NCBI GenBank assembly: GCA_963807635.1
Contig: CAWEDJ010000074.1
Coordinates: 1 to 23,536 of the forward strand
Length of the DNA stretch: 23,536 nucleotides
Reading direction: 5' to 3'
Origin: an uncultured cyanobacterium
GTDB lineage: Bacteria; Cyanobacteriota; Cyanobacteriia; Cyanobacteriales; Microcystaceae
Within the stretch, counting starts at the first letter, position 1. Each line of letters begins with the position of its first letter. This document shows positions 18,895 to 23,536 of this stretch, piece by piece. Under the pieces are notes generated by a model. That model saw only the letters and a list, made by a program, of their open reading frames with translations, was not told where the DNA came from and ran no database searches. A program made the translations under genes and the position numbers.

Positions 18895-21629
18895 ATGACA
18901 TCAGGTCAAGATTACGCTCAACTATATGGACAAGCCTATGTAGCTTATGGTCAAGGAAGTTACGATGAGGCAGCCGCTCATATTGAAGAAATGGCGAATG
19001 CTTTTCCCGAAGATCCTAATGTTTTACTCCTTCAGGGTCATATCTACGTCGGTTTGGAACAGTATGACCAGGCCAGCAGAATATGAAAACGTTCTTAAAT
19101 TGACCAGATCGCCAGGATTTATTAGAGTGTGCCAATCAAGCCCTAGAACAAATTCGAGGAATTCAGGGCGGATCAAATTCTGCCTTTCTAACCCAGGGAG
19201 CGGGAAATCCAGCCTCTTCAGGTTTTGCAAGTCAGGGTGCAAACTCATCCGTTAGACAGAGTGATAATTTTTCCTCTAAGGAAACGGATTTTCCTGAATG
19301 GAATGAGGCAGAACATTCGGGGGATTGGGACAACGATTTTGATGGACTCGATTGGGATAGTGCGGTTTTCAATGATGCTGATTTAGGAGAACCGACCTTG
19401 GGGCAAGCCGCGCCGTCAACCAATCCCTTTGGCAAGGCAATGAATACGGGTAACATGGCAGCCAATGACCCCGTTGATGCGTTTTCCTCTAACCCCTTTG
19501 CCTTCGATGGAGCGTCGGGTTTAATCGACTGGAACGCAGATTCCTTTACTGAAAATGCGAATGAACAGGATGATGATGAGGAAAAGACTCTTCTGCCAGA
19601 AGTGGGTGGAGAATCGACCTTTATGCTTCCCCCCGATCTGGCGGGCCAAGCTTTTGATTTTGAGAGTTTTACAGACCAAGCTAATTCTTCAGCCAATCTG
19701 GGGAAAGCAAATTCTGGAAATGTTCCTACCTACCAACCCTGGCAGGCGGATTCCGAGAATAATGGCTTAGATTCTTTGGATAATGTTCCCACGGTGCAAG
19801 CCTCTCCCCGTCGTTCCTATGAAGAGGAGCAAATACCTGATTTTTCGGATAATTTGGCAGAATTTGACCTCACGGATATTGCTCCTGAATTGCCCGACTC
19901 GACTATGTTTACCCAGGGAAATGTGGGTTTTTCTCCCCATGCTTCTAGGGGGGGCGAAGATGATTATGGCGGCGAATCGATTCCTACGGTGGCAACGGGA
20001 ACTCCGCCTGGTATGAGAACTTGGCTTAAACCAGAGGAAACGATCGCGGGGGATATGACGGGCGGATCGAGTCGTTTTGTTAAACCCACTGTGGAAGTTG
20101 ATCCTGGCTGGATGGGTTGGTTTAGTAATGCTCCCCTCAAACGCAAACAAATTTATCTCGCGATCGCCACAGGAGTTTCTTCTGCGATCGCTGTCCTCAT
20201 CGTCGGGGGAGTGATGGGCATGACGGGGCCAAAAGCCGCTCCGACCCCAGCAACGGTCAATAAATCGGCAACGAAAGCTCCAACTGCTAAAAAAACGGAC
20301 ACAAAGACTAAAGCTTCTGGATCTCAATCAGCTAAAACTAATGATGGGCCACCGCTTTTCCTGATCGCTTTGGGTTCGGGACTGTTGACGGGGGCTGGGG
20401 CTTGGCTATTGAGTCAGCTTTTAATTCGTCAAATCAAAGAGACCATTGATGATTTACAAAATCAATTTGATGCCATCTATGAAGGAAATTTTAATGTGCG
20501 TGCCAAGGTTCTCTCAGAAGATGAACTGGGTCAACTAGCCCAACGGTTTAACTACATTTCCCAAGTCATTTTAACGGCGACAACGGAAGCCCAGGAACGG
20601 GCCACCGCAACGGAAAAAGCACGGGAAAAATTACAACGTCAGGTTATTCGCTTACTGGATGATGTGGAAGGTGCTTCTAGGGGAGATTTAACGGTACAAG
20701 CAGAAGTAACAGCCGATGAATTGGGGGCGGTGGCCGATGCCTTTAACCTCACCATTCAAAATCTCTGTGAAATTGTCCAACAGGTAAAAAGGGCGGCCAA
20801 ACAAGTTAATAAAAATTCCACCGATAGTGAGGCGTTTGCCAGAAATAATTCCAGCGATGCTTTACGAATGGCGGAAGAATTGGCTGTTACGCTCAATTCT
20901 GTGCAGTTAATGACGGAATCCATTCAACGGGTGGCAGAAAACGCCCACGAAGCGGAAGAAGTCGCCCATACTTCCTCGGTGACAGCGTTGAAAGGGGGAG
21001 AAGCGGTAGAAAGAACGGTGGGCGGTATTCTCCAGATTCGGGAAACGGTATCGGAAACGGCTCGTAAGGTCAAACGATTAGCCGAAGCTTCCCAGGAAAT
21101 TTCTAAAATTGTGGCAGTTATTTCCCAGATTGCTTCTCGGACGAATTTGTTGGCGTTGAATGCCTCTATCCAGGCGGCTCGTGCGGGGGAAGCGGGTCGG
21201 GGTTTCGCGATCGTGGCTGACGAAGTGCGACAGTTGGCGGATCGTTCGGCGAAATCTTTGAAGGAAATTGAACAAATCGTTTTACAAATTCAAAGTGAGA
21301 CTGGCTCGGTGATGACGGCGATGGAAGAGGGGATTCAACAGGTAATCGATGTTACCGATAAGTCTGAGCAATCTAAACGCGCCCTAGAAGATATTATCGA
21401 AGTTTCTAATCGGATTAATACCCTGGTACGCTCGATTTCGGGGGATACGGTTAGACAGCAGGAAAATTCGGGTGCGGTTGCCCAGGTGATGCAATCCATT
21501 GAGTTGATCGCCCAGGAAACCTCCCAGGAGTCCCAACGGGTGGCGGGTTCACTGCAAACCCTGGTTTCGATTTCGAGGGATCTATTAACTTCGGTGGAAC
21601 GGTTCCGTGTGGATAAAAATGGCAAATAG
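18895..21629 (+). CDS. pilJ: Methyl-accepting chemotaxis protein (PilJ): N-terminal TPR, acidic linker, 2 TM, HAMP, MA domain; two frameshifts near 19075 and 19106
   Basis: GAGGAG RBS before ATG 18895 and a TPR-like N-terminus. The frame is open from 19107 to 21629. HAMP signature [11 protein letters not shown] and MA signature [37 protein letters not shown]. Confidence 0.92.
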
Positions 21630-21644
21630 GGATAAGAGAGGCTA

Positions 21645-22442
21645 ATGAGCGATCGCGGCAATAAATCTTTTTCGGGCGAGTTGGATCGATGGTTGTCGCG
21701 TTTGGCGGCGGGTCTTTTGGGGGGGCAGGTTTTTCTGCATATTTTGCAAGGGCGCATTCATCGTCGCAATACCCTGGAACAAATGAGTATTGTCGGCCCT
21801 GAATCCATTAGTATTGCCCTGGTGACGGCGGGTTTTGTGGGGATGGTTTTTACAATCCAGGTGGCACGGGAGTTTATTAATTTTGGGGCAACGACGACGG
21901 TGGGCGGGGTGTTGGCGATCGCTTTAACTAGAGAATTAGTGCCAGTTTTAACGGCGGTGGTGGTGGCGGGGAGAGTGGGATCGGCGTTTGCGGCAGAGAT
22001 TGGGACGATGCGGGTGACGGAACAAATCGATGCTTTATATATGTTAAAGAGTGATCCGATTGATTATTTGGTGGTTCCCCGTGTGTTGGCCTGTGGATTG
22101 ATGTTGCCGCTTTTGGATATATTGGCTCTGATTGTGGGGATGGGGGGCGGTTTGTTTATTGCCTATGGTTTGTATGATATTGATCCGAGTGTTTTTCTGA
22201 AGTCTGTACAGAATTTTTTGGAACTGTGGGATGTTTTTAGTTCGATGTTGAAATCCTTGGTTTTTGGGGTGTTGATTGCGGTGATTGGTTGCAGTTGGGG
22301 ATTAACGACGACGGGGGGCGCGAAGGGGGTTGGTCAATCGACGACGACGGCGGTAGTGACTTCTTTGTTGGCGGTGTTTGTGGTTAATTTTTTTCTGTCT
22401 TGGATGATGTTTCAGGGAACGGGAACGGCTAGTATGGATTAA
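21645..22442 (+). CDS. mlaE: MlaE/TGD1/Ycf63-family lipid ABC transporter permease
   Basis: RELVPVLTAVVVAGRVGSAFAAEIGTMRVTEQIDALYML…DPIDYLVVPRV and GGAKGVGQSTT motifs. Confidence 0.93.
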   Translation: MSDRGNKSFSGELDRWLSRLAAGLLGGQVFLHILQGRIHRRNTLEQMSIVGPESISIALVTAGFVGMVFTIQVAREFINFGATTTVGGVLAIALTRELVPVLTAVVVAGRVGSAFAAEIGTMRVTEQIDALYMLKSDPIDYLVVPRVLACGLMLPLLDILALIVGMGGGLFIAYGLYDIDPSVFLKSVQNFLELWDVFSSMLKSLVFGVLIAVIGCSWGLTTTGGAKGVGQSTTTAVVTSLLAVFVVNFFLSWMMFQGTGTASMD

Positions 22443-22448
22443 TTTTGT

Positions 22449-22478
22449 TTGGGCAAGTTATCGATTTTTCGCTACAAT
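22449..22478 (+). promoter_or_regulatory. Candidate promoter of the toxin-antitoxin operon
   Basis: TACAAT at 22473-22478 with a weak -35 (TTGGGC/TGGGCA, 22449-22455), about 28 nt before ATG 22506. Confidence 0.4.
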
Positions 22479-22505
22479 GTTGTTAGTGATTTCAGGAATG
22501 CTTGT

Positions 22506-22766
22506 ATGAAAATGATTGCTGTCACGGAAGCGAAGGATCAAATTGAGGCGTTGGTGAATGATGCTAACGATAATCATCAACCGATTTTGTTGTCTGGCAC
22601 GGCAGGAAATGCGATTTTAATTGCGGAAGAGGATTGGAATTCTATTCAGGAAACGCTTTATTTGTATTCTGTTCCTGGGATGGTTCCGTCAATTATTGAG
22701 GGGGGAAATTCTGCGATCGAGGATTGTGTTAGTGAGGAGGCGATTAGAGATATTTTAAATGGATAG
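22506..22766 (+). CDS. yefM: Phd/YefM-family antitoxin
   Basis: MKMIAVTEAKDQIEALV…HQPILL…GNAILIAEEDWNSIQETLYL. Acidic, and overlaps the toxin start by 8 nt. Confidence 0.9.
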   Translation: MKMIAVTEAKDQIEALVNDANDNHQPILLSGTAGNAILIAEEDWNSIQETLYLYSVPGMVPSIIEGGNSAIEDCVSEEAIRDILNG

Positions 22767-23025
22767 TTGGCAATTGATATTTACGAAACAAGCTGAAAAG
22801 GATGCTAGAAAACTTGTTCGTGCAGGTTTGGCGAAACAAGCTGATAAGTTATTAGATATTTTAAAATCAAATCCCTATCAATCCTATCCTGTCTATGAAA
22901 AACTCAGTGGCGATTTGGCTTTTTACTATTCCAGGCGAATCAATATCCAGCATCGTTTGGTTTATCAAGTTTTTCCAGAAGAAAAAGTAGTTAAAGTGAT
23001 CCGAATGTGGACTCACTATGAATAA
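22759..23025 (+). CDS. yoeB: Txe/YoeB-family mRNA interferase toxin
   Basis: EKLSGDLAFYYSRRINIQHRLVYQV and C-terminal MWTHYE. Confidence 0.93.
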   Translation: MDSWQLIFTKQAEKDARKLVRAGLAKQADKLLDILKSNPYQSYPVYEKLSGDLAFYYSRRINIQHRLVYQVFPEEKVVKVIRMWTHYE

Positions 23026-23037
23026 CTCTTATTTTTG

Positions 23038-23148
23038 TTTACAGCAGTTTTCGATCAAGCTCACCACAGAAATAAATCACCAAATCAAGTCTAGATTAGA
23101 TTTTGATGGTTTGCAGACATGACATGACTGATTCTAATTTGCTGTAAA
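23038..23148. repeat. ~110-bp imperfect concentric palindrome (REP/MITE-like)
   Basis: Outer arms TTTACAGCAGTTTTCGATCA and TGATTCTAATTTGCTGTAAA match 15/20, with the first 9 perfect. Inner arms AAATCAAG and TTAGATTT surround a central TCTAGA (23090-23095). Confidence 0.55.
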
Positions 23149-23262
23149 ATAGGTTTTGTGTAGTCTAATGTTAAAGCTAAGAGATCGAAAATCTCTTTCG
23201 CAGTAAGCTACAATTATTTCGTAGGACTCGCTTTACAATCTCTATTTTTACTAGCTACTGTA

Positions 23263-23536
23263 ATGAACATTAAAATTAACCTAATTCAAGACTGGGAAAA
23301 CCTAATTTTACAAGAAATTACCGAACTTAAAAATGATGGCTTTCTTTTTGACTTAGATCATGATGAAAATCTGAAAAGCTTAATTTTTAACTATTACAAT
23401 TTTAGAGAAAGACTTGTTATTGAGCGTCCAAGGCAAATTAAGAAACCTCTTGACTTTTACTGCCCACCAGAACATCAAGAAGGCTTAGAGCATTTACTCG
23501 ACAAAGTTCGCAAAGGGGAAAGTCTATTACCTCATT
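23263..23536 (+). CDS. Hypothetical protein, 5' part only (runs off the window)
   Basis: ATG 23263 opens a 91-codon frame: MNIKINLIQDWENLILQEI…YYNFRERLVIERPRQIKKPLDFYCPPEHQEGLEHLLDKVRKGESLLPH. It is absent from the ORF track because it lacks a stop. Confidence 0.75.
   Translation, partial: MNIKINLIQDWENLILQEITELKNDGFLFDLDHDENLKSLIFNYYNFRERLVIERPRQIKKPLDFYCPPEHQEGLEHLLDKVRKGESLLPH

Larger units (their letters stand above)
1247..21922. repeat. Dispersed HIP1 octamers (GCGATCGC), about 25 copies
   Basis: Hand count. Examples at 1247, 2191, 2514, 4943, 7043, 10893, 14213, 16517, 18324, 20184 and 21648. Hallmark of cyanobacterial chromosomes. Confidence 0.9.

Noticed and set aside
1063..19110. 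Programmed ribosomal frameshifting or phase variation as the cause of the split genes
   Set aside because: The junctions lack slippery heptamers or long simple repeats, shift in both directions, and number up to six per gene.
19232..21757. Minus-strand ORFs inside pilJ (19232-19696, 19767-20327, 21335-21757)
   Set aside because: Antisense shadows of a well-supported MCP gene.

Overview
Chromosomal window of a unicellular cyanobacterium. About 25 HIP1 octamers (GCGATCGC, hand count) and a Synechocystis-like pilGHIJ-ycf63 gene order support this. Left to right it holds: an AT-rich pair of small genes (RHH/CopG-like, then an acidic two-TM protein); a ~1400-codon SNF2-family helicase broken by six frameshifts; a Ser/Thr kinase with a GUN4 domain; leuA, a pentapeptide-repeat gene and leuD; and a stand-alone CapD/WbpM-type sugar dehydratase whose last three codons were replaced by a complete 912-bp IS5-family element. 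Next come a tRNA-Tyr/tRNA-Thr operon, hmpF divergent from the type IV pilus chemosensory genes pilG-pilH-pilI-pilJ (no cheA), an MlaE/Ycf63 permease, a YefM/YoeB toxin-antitoxin pair, a ~110-bp concentric palindrome and a truncated hypothetical gene. About 13 frameshifts fall in two blocks (~350-3640 and ~16000-19110). Eight lie in or next to GGCC, CGATCG or CCAGG motifs, which points to methylation-associated long-read errors rather than real pseudogenes, although real decay of the motility locus cannot be excluded. No clearly new multi-gene system is demonstrated. The best unexplained candidates are the RHH plus two-TM gene pair, the GGGCAT promoter motif shared by pilG, pilH and capD, and the palindrome/TA/hypothetical block at the right end.
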